DNA of 64,000 nucleotides from Candidatus Collierbacteria bacterium GW2011_GWB2_45_17. GTDB lineage: Bacteria > Patescibacteriota > Microgenomatia > UBA1400 > MFAQ01. The position numbers and the translations under genes are program-made. Of this stretch, positions 38,632 to 48,109 are shown piece after piece. Every line of letters begins with the position of its first letter. The first letter of the stretch is position 1. The notes beneath the pieces were generated by a model that saw only the letters and a program-made list of their open reading frames with translations, ran no database searches and was not told the origin of the DNA. The DNA lies in assembly GCA_001001485.1 (NCBI GenBank), contig LCKO01000003.1, forward strand, positions 223-64,222, read 5' to 3'.

Positions 38632-39728
38632 AAGTTGCCCTCGTCTACGATCGAGTGAATAAGTTCGGCGGAGCCGAGCGCCTTATGCTGTCTCTACACC
38701 GTCTTTTTCCGGAGGCACCCATCTTTACTCTGGTTTACGAACCCTTGACCTCCGACTGGGCCAAAAGTATTACCGTTGTGCCAACCTTTCTTAACCAGAT
38801 TCCCTTCTTCAGGCAGTGGCACGAATGGCTGGCCCCCGTCGCCCCGCTAGCTTTCGAAACCCTTAATTTATCCGCCTATGACGTGGTTATCAGTGTTACC
38901 AGTAGTGATGCCAAGTCGGTTATCACCAAGCCTCACCAGTTACATATTTGTTACTGTCTCACTCCTAGCAGGTACTTTTGGAGTGGAGGAGGGGACTACG
39001 CAGACGATATAAAGTTTAAATTAATCCCTAGTTTTTTAAAAGAATATTTTAAATACGTTGATCTGGTTACCTCGGTCAGACCGGATCAATACCTCTCTAT
39101 TTCTAACGAAGTTAAGAATCGAGTAAAAGATTACTACAAAAGAAATTCCATCGTTATTCATCCTCCAATTGAAGATAGATTTTATACGAAACAACCAATT
39201 TCTCTTGATAACAGAGACTATTACTTAGTGGTATCTCGCCTAGTTCCTTATAAGAAAGTCGATCTGGCCATCTCCGCTTTCAATAAATTAAAGCTACCTC
39301 TGGTAATTGTCGGCACGGGCACAGAGATAGAAAAGCTTAAAAAACTTGCTTTACCCAACATCACTTTTGTTGGCTCGGTCGATGATCATCGACTCGCTCA
39401 GTATTATCGCCACGCTCAAGCAGTTATTTTTCCCCAAGTAGAAGACTTTGGTTTGGTTCCTCTTGAAGCTCAGGCCTGTGGTACTCCGGTCATCGCCTAC
39501 GCCAAGGGAGGTGCTCTGGAAACCGTCGTCCACCCAAAAACCGGTTATCTTTTTAAGGAACAAACCGTCGAATCGCTCATCTTCGCCGTCCGTGAATTCA
39601 GAAAGATAAGCTTCAACCCCAAAATCTGCCAAGAAAATGCTAATCGCTTTAATTACTCCCTCTTCTCCCAAAAGTTCTCCGGAGAGATAAATCGTCTTTG
39701 GAAAGAGCATCAAGCGAGCATCAATTAA
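38628..39728 (+). CDS. Glycosyltransferase family 4
   Basis: [23 protein letters not shown] ... IFPQVEDFGLVPLEAQACGTPVIA. Confidence 0.65.
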   Translation: MKVALVYDRVNKFGGAERLMLSLHRLFPEAPIFTLVYEPLTSDWAKSITVVPTFLNQIPFFRQWHEWLAPVAPLAFETLNLSAYDVVISVTSSDAKSVITKPHQLHICYCLTPSRYFWSGGGDYADDIKFKLIPSFLKEYFKYVDLVTSVRPDQYLSISNEVKNRVKDYYKRNSIVIHPPIEDRFYTKQPISLDNRDYYLVVSRLVPYKKVDLAISAFNKLKLPLVIVGTGTEIEKLKKLALPNITFVGSVDDHRLAQYYRHAQAVIFPQVEDFGLVPLEAQACGTPVIAYAKGGALETVVHPKTGYLFKEQTVESLIFAVREFRKISFNPKICQENANRFNYSLFSQKFSGEINRLWKEHQASIN

Positions 39729-39757
39729 ATTTTTAAGTTAAAATAAACATACCTTTT

Positions 39758-40408
39758 ATGTTCTACGACTTTCTAAAGCGCATCATCGACATCCTTTCGG
39801 CGATCATTTTAGGTATTTTATTTTTACCCATTTGGATCATCATCCCCATACTTTTGAAAATAGATTCACCCGGTCCGGTCTTGTACCTGCCGGAGCGAGT
39901 CGGCCAGAACGGCAAAAAATTTGGTATGTATAAGTTTAGATCCATGAAGATGTTTGAGGTGGACGGAGAAGTGGTTCACGCCGTCGAGTTTTGGCAACAC
40001 AACCCCAAACTATTCGAGAAATACAAGAAAAATGGTTGGAAACTGGAACTGGATGAGGACCCTCGTATAACCAAACTCGGAAAAGTTCTCCGGCAGACCA
40101 GTATCGATGAGATGCCCCAAGTGATTAACGTTTTTCGGGGAGAGATGAGTTTGGTCGGCCCCAGAGCTTACGTCGAGCCGGAGTTAAAGGACGCCGAAAA
40201 GAGATATGGAAAGACCATTACCAGCGTTATACAGGAAAGTCTTTCGGCCAAACCGGGGATTACCGGTCCTTGGCAGGTTTCTGGTCGCAATGAGATCCCC
40301 TGGAACCAAAGAGTGGCTATAGACGCCGACTACGCTAAGAGGCGTTCCATTCTTTACGACATCTACATTATCCTAAAAACTCCATTTGCTATGATAAGTA
40401 AGTGGTAA
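39758..40408 (+). CDS. Polyprenyl-phosphate sugar-phosphate transferase (bacterial sugar transferase, WbaP/CpsE C-terminal type)
   Basis: KRIIDILSAIILGILFLPIWIIIPILLKIDSPGPVLYLPERVGQNGKKFGMYKFRSM and DEMPQVINVFRGEMSLVGPRA are Bac_transf signatures. Confidence 0.8.
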   Translation: MFYDFLKRIIDILSAIILGILFLPIWIIIPILLKIDSPGPVLYLPERVGQNGKKFGMYKFRSMKMFEVDGEVVHAVEFWQHNPKLFEKYKKNGWKLELDEDPRITKLGKVLRQTSIDEMPQVINVFRGEMSLVGPRAYVEPELKDAEKRYGKTITSVIQESLSAKPGITGPWQVSGRNEIPWNQRVAIDADYAKRRSILYDIYIILKTPFAMISKW

Positions 40409-42273
40409 TAAGTCCTCCTATGAAAAAAAAGTTCCTCTACCTTCTTTTACCCGTGCTAATTATCTTTACTCTTTTGGCCACCCTGGCGGGTTATGGCTAT
40501 TTTACAGCTAAGTCTTTTACCCCCCACATTGCTACTCTTCAAGAGACAGGCACCAAGCTTTCGGTTGCTTTTCAAGCCCAAGACCTGGTAGCCGCCAAAA
40601 CAGAGTCCCAAACTTTAAGGAAACAAATCGATGAACTAGATTCGAAATATCAAAAACTAAAATGGACTACCGTTATTCCTTTCTTGGGGAACTACTCCCA
40701 AGACGGTCAACACGGACTCAACGCCGGTAAATCTCTAGCCAAAACCATTGAGACATTAATTATCTCGGTCGAGCCATATGCCGATCTTCTTGGGTTCAAG
40801 ACCGGTCAGGCTACCCCTTCCGGGCAACCCAAAGCTCAAGGTATTGAAGATCGTATAGTTTTTATCGCTGAAACTCTAGACAAAATTAGTCCCGATCTGG
40901 ATAAAGTTGAAGCAGAGATGGTAATAGCCCAAAAAGAACTCGATCAAATAGATCCAGCACAATATCCCCAAACACTCATGGGGAAGAGTCTTCGTGGCAA
41001 AATAATCGAAATAAAATCGGCTGTGGGCGAATCCACCAAACTTCTATCGCAAGCCAAACCCTTGATAAAGCTGTTACCTGACCTACTCGGAAATCCGACC
41101 GCTAAAATTTACATGGTTCTTTTTCAAAACGATGCCGAGCTTCGGCCTACCGGTGGATTTATGACTGCCTACGCTTTTTTAAGGGTCACCAAAGGCAAGA
41201 TAGAACCTCTTTCGTCATTCGATATCTATGATCTGGATGCCCGCTTCAATAAAAAAATTCCTGCGCCTGAAGCCATCAAGAAGTATTTAAACGAAACCTA
41301 TTTAAATCTTCGTAACTCAAATATGTCTCCCGATTACAAAGTCTCCATGGATCTCTTCTATAAGTACTATCGCGACATTCCCGGCTTCCCCAAGCCAGAC
41401 GCCATCGTGGCTATCGACACCAAATTTCCGGTCGAAATTCTCAAGATTATTGGGGCTATCGGAGTTGGTGGCTGGGGGAACTTTGGTCCTCAAAATGATC
41501 CCGCCTGTGACTGTCCCCAGGTAGTCTACGCTCTAGAGCAAATTGCTGATCGACCTGTGGCCGGCTTTAGAACCGGTCGCAAAGCTGTCCTCGGGCCTCT
41601 GATGCACTCCATGATGGCTAATGCCATGGGTAGTCCAAAGCACCTTTGGCCAAAACTGATCAACGTTTTTCTGGACTCCATCAAACAAAAACATGTCCTT
41701 TTCTACTTCCTGGAAGATAAAACTCAGAAAATTGCCGAAGATTTTAACGCCGCCGGTCGGATTCAGCCCTACGCCTTTGATTATCTTCATATTAATGATG
41801 CCAACTTTGGTGGAGCCAAGTCCGATATGTACATCACTAGAGAGGTCGAGCAAGAAATCGAATCGACCGGCGGTGTGGTCACCAAGACCGTTACCTTAAG
41901 TTACAACAATCCCCGAAAAGGCAGTAACTGCAATCTGGAAGCTGGCCAACTCTGTCTTAATGGAGTCTATCGAGATTATGTGAGACTCTTGGTTCCTAAA
42001 GGCTCAAAACTTATTTCTGTTATCGGCTCCGAAGTCAAAGAACAGGTTTCCGAAGATCTGGACAAGACAGTTTTTGAAGCTTTCTTCACCATGAGACCTC
42101 AGTCTCAAAGTAAGATTGTTTTTAAGTACGAACTCCCTCCACTTGAACTATCTACCTATAAACTACTTATCCAAAAACAACCAGGGCTTCCAAACGTCAG
42201 ACATACCATCACCTTAAATGGCAATCAAACTGTCGTCGATATTGATCAGGATCAAGAATTGGTTTTGAACTAG
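40402..42273 (+). CDS. Membrane-anchored extracytoplasmic protein, possibly DUF4012 family
   Basis: N-terminal TM (LYLLLPVLIIFTLLATLAGYGYF) followed by an about 590-aa soluble domain. The DUF4012 call rests on size, topology and glycan-locus context only. Confidence 0.35.
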   Translation: MVISPPMKKKFLYLLLPVLIIFTLLATLAGYGYFTAKSFTPHIATLQETGTKLSVAFQAQDLVAAKTESQTLRKQIDELDSKYQKLKWTTVIPFLGNYSQDGQHGLNAGKSLAKTIETLIISVEPYADLLGFKTGQATPSGQPKAQGIEDRIVFIAETLDKISPDLDKVEAEMVIAQKELDQIDPAQYPQTLMGKSLRGKIIEIKSAVGESTKLLSQAKPLIKLLPDLLGNPTAKIYMVLFQNDAELRPTGGFMTAYAFLRVTKGKIEPLSSFDIYDLDARFNKKIPAPEAIKKYLNETYLNLRNSNMSPDYKVSMDLFYKYYRDIPGFPKPDAIVAIDTKFPVEILKIIGAIGVGGWGNFGPQNDPACDCPQVVYALEQIADRPVAGFRTGRKAVLGPLMHSMMANAMGSPKHLWPKLINVFLDSIKQKHVLFYFLEDKTQKIAEDFNAAGRIQPYAFDYLHINDANFGGAKSDMYITREVEQEIESTGGVVTKTVTLSYNNPRKGSNCNLEAGQLCLNGVYRDYVRLLVPKGSKLISVIGSEVKEQVSEDLDKTVFEAFFTMRPQSQSKIVFKYELPPLELSTYKLLIQKQPGLPNVRHTITLNGNQTVVDIDQDQELVLN

Positions 42274-42275
42274 CT

Positions 42276-42815
42276 GTGTGGTCGTCATACTCAGATAACG
42301 GCATCGTCATCCGGTCGGTTGATTCGGGAGAAGCCGATAAATTTGTCTCCATTATTACCGAAAATCACGGTTTAGAAAGTTTTTTGGCGAGAGGTGCCCG
42401 CAGAATTACTTCCAAAAAAGCCTCTCATTTGGACATGTTAAATCTTGTTCGTTTTAGTGTTGGTCGAGGAGTAAACCCGCGTTTTTTAAATCAAGTCGAG
42501 TCAGAAGTTTTTTTTCCGGCTATCAAAGCCGATTACGCCAAGATTGGACTATGTCTCACTTTTGCTGAAATCCTTAACCAGCTGTTACCCTTTGATGTGG
42601 AAGACAGAGAAATCTATCTATCCTTCAAGACTTTCCTGGAAACTTTGGAAACCACTACCGGTAAAAAAGAAACCAACCAGCTTGCCCGCCGCTTCGGTTT
42701 GTTTTTGATGCGCCATCTGGGTTATCCTCCACCCAAGTTCCCTGACACCGACAATCTCTCTGGCTACTTTGAGTCCATCATGAGTCGCAAGATTATCAGC
42801 ACCGAAATACGCTAA
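42276..42815 (+). CDS. recO: DNA repair protein RecO, short form (OB-fold N-terminus only)
   Basis: ...GIVIRSVDSGEADKFVSIITENHGLESFLARGARR... matches the RecO N-terminal OB domain; only 179 aa; GTG start. Confidence 0.55.
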   Translation: MWSSYSDNGIVIRSVDSGEADKFVSIITENHGLESFLARGARRITSKKASHLDMLNLVRFSVGRGVNPRFLNQVESEVFFPAIKADYAKIGLCLTFAEILNQLLPFDVEDREIYLSFKTFLETLETTTGKKETNQLARRFGLFLMRHLGYPPPKFPDTDNLSGYFESIMSRKIISTEIR

Positions 42816-42825
42816 AATAATATTT

Positions 42826-43686
42826 ATGAAACGAAACAAACTCTACCTTTTCGTGGCTTTAGGCTTGGTTATTCTTTTAACGGCCATCTTCTTTATTGTA
42901 AAAGGAACCCAAAAGGAAAAACCCTTACTCCCTAAAAAACAATCTCCTCTAACCACCAGGATTTTAATCAACGAACTACCTTTGGCCGATAGACCATTTA
43001 CGGTTTTGGTTCCCCATGCCACCAATCGTTTATTTACCTTTGTGACCATTGGCGCCGACAAAGCCAGCTCCGCTTCGCTAGACCTCGAATATCAGTCCGG
43101 TGATCTGCTTAAAGGCGCCCGCGCTTCGATCGACTCACCTATCGCCAGTCCCTTTGTTAAAGCCATTATTTTGGGCAGTTGTTCTACCGGAGGCAAATGC
43201 ACGTTTGATACCGATCTCAAGTCGGGTACTGAGAAATTAAAACTTACCTTTCCCGGTCAAGACGTCACTCACTTACTCAAGGGTGACTTTGTCTTTATTG
43301 CCGGTCAGAAGAACTTTCCGGACGGAAAGGTAACCTTTGAGCCATCAAAGTTAACCGCCAAATCGAATCTGATTATGATGAACTCTCTTGGTCTTCCTCG
43401 ACCAGCCGAAAAGGAAGTCTTACTTTATCCTATTGTCATTTCCGCGACTGACAACAAAGTGGTTTCCGGATCAATGACCATTGCTCAAGCTGGTGTCACT
43501 TCGGCCGCTATCTACGATGGCACCACCTACCAACCCTTGAAGTTTTCCGAAAGCGGGGGAGTCTTAAAGATTTCCCTGAATCACCAACCTTGGTCTATGA
43601 ACGCCGAGATCACCCGCGATGACGAAAAGGGGACACCGGAATTTCTCACTCTCTACCTCCTCGGCCCCATTGTGCTATACAAATAA
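42826..43686 (+). CDS. Hypothetical secreted or membrane-anchored protein
   Basis: N-terminal TM/signal (LYLFVALGLVILLTAIFFIV), Gly/Thr/Ser-rich beta-type composition, no family recognised. Confidence 0.35.
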   Translation: MKRNKLYLFVALGLVILLTAIFFIVKGTQKEKPLLPKKQSPLTTRILINELPLADRPFTVLVPHATNRLFTFVTIGADKASSASLDLEYQSGDLLKGARASIDSPIASPFVKAIILGSCSTGGKCTFDTDLKSGTEKLKLTFPGQDVTHLLKGDFVFIAGQKNFPDGKVTFEPSKLTAKSNLIMMNSLGLPRPAEKEVLLYPIVISATDNKVVSGSMTIAQAGVTSAAIYDGTTYQPLKFSESGGVLKISLNHQPWSMNAEITRDDEKGTPEFLTLYLLGPIVLYK

Positions 43687-44220
43687 TTCATCCTGCTCCC
43701 AATTGATCGGATTGTTGTGGATATATTCTTGAATGCGGTTTAAATCTCCCTCGTCGCGGACAATATGTTCATAATAATTTCGTTGCCAAATTTTACCCAA
43801 AAACGAATCATTGTTTTTGTAAATATGCAGGCAGGAATTATATACAGAAGATTTATACGCACCAATTATATTTCCGATATGTGTAGGGGCAACCCTTGCG
43901 GTTGCCCGATTCTTTCCACCATAATTGTCGTTTACACGGGCACCCGCAAGGGGTGCCCCTACGATAATAATTCCGTGTACATGATTCGGCATAATAATAA
44001 ACGAACCCATTTCGGTATTCAGAAATCGTTTGGGCAATTTCACCCATTCATTTTTTACAATATTCCCAATCTCATTCAATTTCATATTTCCATCCACCAC
44101 CTCCCCAAACAAACATCTTCTGTCTTGGGTGCATATCGTCACAAAATACATCCCTCTTTGCGAATAATCATATTCTTTCAATCTAATTGACCTTCGTTGT
44201 GGAAACCCATCTCTCACCAA
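43675..44220 (-). mobile_element. IS200/IS605-like Y1 (HUH) transposase of the REP-associated tyrosine transposase (RAYT) type
   Basis: HUH motif in IIMPNHVHGIII; catalytic-Tyr region QRNYYEHIVRDEGDLNRIQEYIHNNPINW typical of RAYT/IS200-like TnpA; internal GC-rich hairpin-forming segment (ggcaacccttgcggttgcc; gggcacccgcaaggggtgccc). Confidence 0.7.
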
Positions 44221-44305
44221 ATAATATTATCACCTGTCTATCCTGAGCCAGCCGAAGGATTTTCACATCTTCTTCACACGTGCTGTTTTGTGGCTAAATA
44301 GACCC

Positions 44306-44334
44306 TTGACATTTATATATTTTGTATCATACTA
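44306..44334 (+). promoter_or_regulatory. Putative dcw-cluster promoter (TTGACA at 44306-44311; weak -10 near 44326-44334)
   Basis: A consensus -35 hexamer sits about 80 nt upstream of mraZ; the -10 is ambiguous (TATCAT or ATACTA). Confidence 0.35.
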
Positions 44335-44337
44335 AAA

Positions 44338-44355
44338 AGTGGTGACAAGTGGTGA
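44338..44355 (+). promoter_or_regulatory. Two direct AGTGGTGA repeats with 10-bp periodicity; candidate MraZ operator
   Basis: agtggtga at 44338-44345 and 44348-44355, between the promoter and the mraZ start. MraZ binds GTGG(G/T)-type direct repeats at 10-nt spacing in characterised systems. Confidence 0.35.
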
Positions 44356-44392
44356 AGTAACCTATAAATACCACTAGACCTGCCTATGAACT

Positions 44393-44824
44393 ATGTTTAC
44401 TGGACGCTACTACCATTCGATCGAAGCCAAAGGTCGCTTAGCTATTCCCAAGACTTTCAGGGAAGAACTCGGATCCGGTGGAGTCATCACCTGGGGGCTG
44501 GACGGCTGTCTGTTTCTTTTCCCGGCCTCATACTGGCAGAAGTTCTCCGATCAGCTGGCCTCCCTGTCTCTCACCAATCCCAGCGCGCGGAATTTAACGC
44601 GTCTCTTAGTTCAGTCGGCCCAAGATCTGGATCTAGACCATCAAGGAAGAACCCTCATTCCGGACTATCTGAGACAACAAGCCAATCTAAAAAAGCAAGT
44701 GGTCGTCGCCGGATCATTGACCAGAATTGAAATCTGGGATCGGGAGACGTATCACCAGCACCTTGACTTAATAGCGCAAAAAATTAATGAAGGCGGAGAA
44801 GACTTCGCCTCACTCGATATATGA
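44393..44824 (+). CDS. mraZ: Transcriptional regulator MraZ
   Basis: MFTGRYYHSIEAKGRLAIPKTFRE ... DHQGRTLIPDYLRQQANLKKQVVVAGSLTRIEIWD; the duplicated MraZ domain pattern. Confidence 0.85.
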   Translation: MFTGRYYHSIEAKGRLAIPKTFREELGSGGVITWGLDGCLFLFPASYWQKFSDQLASLSLTNPSARNLTRLLVQSAQDLDLDHQGRTLIPDYLRQQANLKKQVVVAGSLTRIEIWDRETYHQHLDLIAQKINEGGEDFASLDI

Positions 44825-45759
44825 CGACTCTTCAAACTAGACATTTCTCGGCTTTCAAAAACGAACTTAGTTCTCACTATGGATTCAAGTCTGGGTACTG
44901 TTTTTTAGATCTGACTTTGGGCGATGGGGGACACACCGAAGAAGCCCTCAAGGCCGGTTGCCGGGTAGTTTCTTTTGATCTGGATGCTTCAGCCATACAG
45001 CGCGCCTTAGATTTTGTTCCCAAAGATTTTCCCTCAATTGTTATTGATCCGGAAACTTTTCAGGGAACTATCTCTACCGATTTTGTCTGGGTCATTATTA
45101 AATCCAATTTTGTCAAAGTCACCGAAATTGCCAAACAACTGTCTCTACCCAAGTTTAACGGTCTCATAGCCGACCTGGGTCCGTCACAATTCCAAGTTCT
45201 TTCTCCAGGCAGAGGTTTCAGTTTTTTAATCGATGAACCTCTGGACATGAGGCTGGATAACACTTTGGGAGTGACGGCCGCCGATCTACTGGCAGTTCTA
45301 AACGAAGGTGAACTGGCTGATCTTTTTAGGATCGCCGACGAACCTTTCTCCAAACCATTAGCTCGCATTATCGTTAAACAAAGGCAATTAACACCAATCG
45401 CTACCACCAAACAACTCGCCGATCTAGTCAGTCGGGTAAAAAAATTCCAAATTCGAGGAAGAATTCATCCTGCCACTCAAGTTTTTATGGCTCTTCGAAT
45501 GGCAGTTAATCTAGAAAGAGACAGTCTTCGTCAATTACTGCCCCAACTTCCCGATTTACTTCTAAAAAATGGAGTCATGGGCATCATAAGTTTCCATTCC
45601 GGAGAAGACAAGTTGGTCAAAGACTTTATTTCCGAAATGGAAGAACAGCAAGTTTTGAGCGCTATTAACACCAAGCCGATTGAACCCTCGGATAAAGAAT
45701 TACAAATTAGTCAAAGAACCAGAAGTGCCAAACTTAGACTCGCTAAAAAAATTAATTAA
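44821..45759 (+). CDS. rsmH: 16S rRNA (cytosine1402-N4)-methyltransferase RsmH/MraW
   Basis: LDLTLGDGGHTEEAL, ...ADLGPSQFQ..., FHSGEDKLVK are RsmH signatures. Confidence 0.85.
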   Translation: MTTLQTRHFSAFKNELSSHYGFKSGYCFLDLTLGDGGHTEEALKAGCRVVSFDLDASAIQRALDFVPKDFPSIVIDPETFQGTISTDFVWVIIKSNFVKVTEIAKQLSLPKFNGLIADLGPSQFQVLSPGRGFSFLIDEPLDMRLDNTLGVTAADLLAVLNEGELADLFRIADEPFSKPLARIIVKQRQLTPIATTKQLADLVSRVKKFQIRGRIHPATQVFMALRMAVNLERDSLRQLLPQLPDLLLKNGVMGIISFHSGEDKLVKDFISEMEEQQVLSAINTKPIEPSDKELQISQRTRSAKLRLAKKIN

Positions 45760-46033
45760 TTACCACTTCGTATTTATTACGACAGCGGTTCTATTTGTAG
45801 GCTTAACCGTTATCAACCTGGTCGGTACCAACATTCTTGCGACCCAAGGTTTTGCCGTCAGTGAGTCAGACTCCAAAACCTTTATGCTGGAAAAAGAAAA
45901 CCAACGACTGTCTGTTAAGATAGAAGAGTCTGTTAGGCTCAGCGATCTGGAAGAGAAGGCTAAACAAAGTGGCTTTATTAGGTCCAAAAGTATTGTCTAT
46001 CTACCCACTCCGCCGACCTTTGCTTCCAGATAA
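45680..46033 (+). CDS. ftsL: FtsL-like cell-division protein (single TM plus coiled coil); start uncertain
   Basis: Position between rsmH and ftsI; TM FVFITTAVLFVGLTVINLV followed by a coiled segment. The track start overlaps rsmH by 80 nt, so the real start is probably internal or non-ATG. Confidence 0.4.
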   Translation: MNPRIKNYKLVKEPEVPNLDSLKKLINYHFVFITTAVLFVGLTVINLVGTNILATQGFAVSESDSKTFMLEKENQRLSVKIEESVRLSDLEEKAKQSGFIRSKSIVYLPTPPTFASR

Positions 46034-46036
46034 TTC

Positions 46037-47710
46037 ATGTTAAAAACTTTTGGAATCACTCTCACTCGACTTAGGGTCGTTTCCTATCTGATTCCGATCA
46101 TTACTCTCGTTTTAATTGGCAGACTTTTTTATTGGATGGTTCTGCGCGGACCGGAACTTCAGACAAAGGCCAGTCGCCAGCACGAAACAGTCACCGTCTT
46201 AAAAGCCAAAAGAGGTAACATTTTAGACTCCGAAGGCAGTGTTCTGGCCGGCACTAAAAATCTTTACCACCTATTCGTCTACAAACCTCAGTTAACCATT
46301 TCCAAAAATGACTTGGTAGAAAAGCTCCTTATCGCTTTAAAGACCGACCAAGAAGCCAGCACCGAGGCCGCACTAAGAACCTTTATCCAGGGGAGGCTTT
46401 CTCTGGATTCAAATTGGATTTCTCTTAAACACTACCTCTCCGACGATGAGAAAACCAAGATCGAGTCGGAAAAAATCGCCGGCCTTGGTTTTGAAGATGA
46501 GTTTGTCCGGTATTATCCAGACGCCAGTTTATCGGGACAAGTCCTCGGTTTCGTCGGTCAAGATGCTTCCGGGGGAGAGCAGGGTTATTTTGGTCTGGAA
46601 GGTTACTTCGATAGATTGCTTAAAGGTCGCGAGGGTAAGATCAGAACCGAAAGAGACGCTCAGGGAAATCCGATTTTGATCGGCAACTATCAATTTTTTC
46701 ATTCCGTTGAAGGGAAAACTCTCCAAACTTCTTTGGACAAGAGAATGCAGTATCTTTCGGAGATCCAGCTCAAAGAAGGTCTGGCCAAATATCAAGCCAA
46801 ATCAGGCAGTGTCATCATTTTAGAAACCACCACGGGTAAGGTCAGAACCATGGCTTCGTTTCCCAATTACGACCCGGGTAAATTTTCCGAGTTCGATAAA
46901 TCTACTTATAAAAACCCGGCCGTCGCTGATCTCATTGAACCGGGGTCGGTGTTCAAACCTCTTATTATGGCCGCCGCTTTGAATGAAAAATTAATTACAC
47001 CGGAGACCCAGTGCGACATCTGTGCCGGTCCTATTACTATCGGCAAGTATGTCATCAGAACTTGGGACGAAAAATATAATCCTCTCACCACCATGACCGA
47101 TGTCATCGTTCACTCCGACAACACCGGTATGGTTTTTGTGGCGCGTAAGTTAGGGAAAGAAAAATTTTCCGAGTACCTGAAACAATATGGTTTTGGTAAA
47201 AAAACCAAGATTCAGCTCCAAGAAGAAGTAGCTGGCTCGATCAGGGAAGCCAAAAACTACGGCGACATCGATCTAGCCACCAACTCTTTTGGTCAGGGCA
47301 TTGCCGTTACTCCTCTTCAGCTAGTCTCGGCTATGAACACTCTAGCAAATAAGGGGGTTTACATTTCGCCCTCTTTAGTCGAAGGAGACATTCCGGCGAC
47401 GAGACGGATTCTGAGCCCGGAAGCCGTCGCCGAGATGACTCAAATCATGATCCAGGCTGTTGACAGTGGAGAAGCCAAGTGGGCCAAGCCTAAGGGCCTC
47501 TCCGTCGCCGGTAAAACAGGTACGGCTCAGATCCCCATCGAAGGTCACTACGATCCGGAAAAGACGATCGCGAGTTTCATAGGCTTTTTCCCCGCCCAGG
47601 AACCTAAATACACCATGTTGGTCACCCTCAGGGAGCCTCAAACCTCACCTTGGGGATCGGAAACTGCCGCTCCTCTTTGGTTTGCTTTAGCCAAACAGCT
47701 TTTGCTATAA
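46037..47710 (+). CDS. ftsI: Peptidoglycan D,D-transpeptidase (class B PBP, FtsI-like)
   Basis: N-terminal TM, dimerisation domain, transpeptidase motifs SVFKP (SxxK), SDN, KTGTA. Confidence 0.8.
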   Translation: MLKTFGITLTRLRVVSYLIPIITLVLIGRLFYWMVLRGPELQTKASRQHETVTVLKAKRGNILDSEGSVLAGTKNLYHLFVYKPQLTISKNDLVEKLLIALKTDQEASTEAALRTFIQGRLSLDSNWISLKHYLSDDEKTKIESEKIAGLGFEDEFVRYYPDASLSGQVLGFVGQDASGGEQGYFGLEGYFDRLLKGREGKIRTERDAQGNPILIGNYQFFHSVEGKTLQTSLDKRMQYLSEIQLKEGLAKYQAKSGSVIILETTTGKVRTMASFPNYDPGKFSEFDKSTYKNPAVADLIEPGSVFKPLIMAAALNEKLITPETQCDICAGPITIGKYVIRTWDEKYNPLTTMTDVIVHSDNTGMVFVARKLGKEKFSEYLKQYGFGKKTKIQLQEEVAGSIREAKNYGDIDLATNSFGQGIAVTPLQLVSAMNTLANKGVYISPSLVEGDIPATRRILSPEAVAEMTQIMIQAVDSGEAKWAKPKGLSVAGKTGTAQIPIEGHYDPEKTIASFIGFFPAQEPKYTMLVTLREPQTSPWGSETAAPLWFALAKQLLL

Positions 47711-47736
47711 GAACGGATAAAGATTAAAATAGACCA

Positions 47737-48108
47737 ATGCTAAACAGACTAAGGATTCACCATGTATCGTTCCGGCATGCCTTTGACGGCTTATTACACG
47801 TTTTGAAGGCTCATCCAAACTTTCGTTTTCATATACTGGCCACCATATGCGCTATTCTTTTGGGCGTGTTCTTTAGAATAAGCACTTTTGAATGGTTAAT
47901 TCTTGTTTTTACCATTAATACGGTCTTGGTAGCCGAGATGATCAATACTTCAATCGAGTCGATAGTCGATCTCATCACCCTCGAACACCGGCAAGATGCC
48001 AAGATCGCCAAAGATGTTTCTGCCGGCATGGTTCTGGTGTCTGCCATCTTAGCTATCATTGTTGCTTTATTGATATTTTTATCCAAAATAGTAGGCAGTC
48101 TTTATTAA
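47737..48108 (+). CDS. dgkA: Diacylglycerol/undecaprenol kinase (DgkA family)
   Basis: ...EWLILVFTINTVLVAEMINTSIESIVDLITLEHRQDAKIAKDVSAGMVLVSAI... matches the DgkA core (AE..NTAIE..VD). Confidence 0.6.
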   Translation: MLNRLRIHHVSFRHAFDGLLHVLKAHPNFRFHILATICAILLGVFFRISTFEWLILVFTINTVLVAEMINTSIESIVDLITLEHRQDAKIAKDVSAGMVLVSAILAIIVALLIFLSKIVGSLY

Positions 48109-48109
48109 A

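Noticed and set aside
43765-44190. Plus-strand ORF 43765-44190 and minus-frame ORF 43853-44047 inside the RAYT gene
   Set aside because: They are alternative frames through the GC-rich hairpin segment of the transposase gene. The frame 43675-44220 (minus) carries the HUH and Tyr motifs.
44221-44305. REP elements immediately flanking the RAYT gene
   Set aside because: The sequences on both sides of the RAYT (43640-43700, 44221-44300) do not contain the GGCCTGGCC-core palindrome. The association is therefore window-level, not adjacency.
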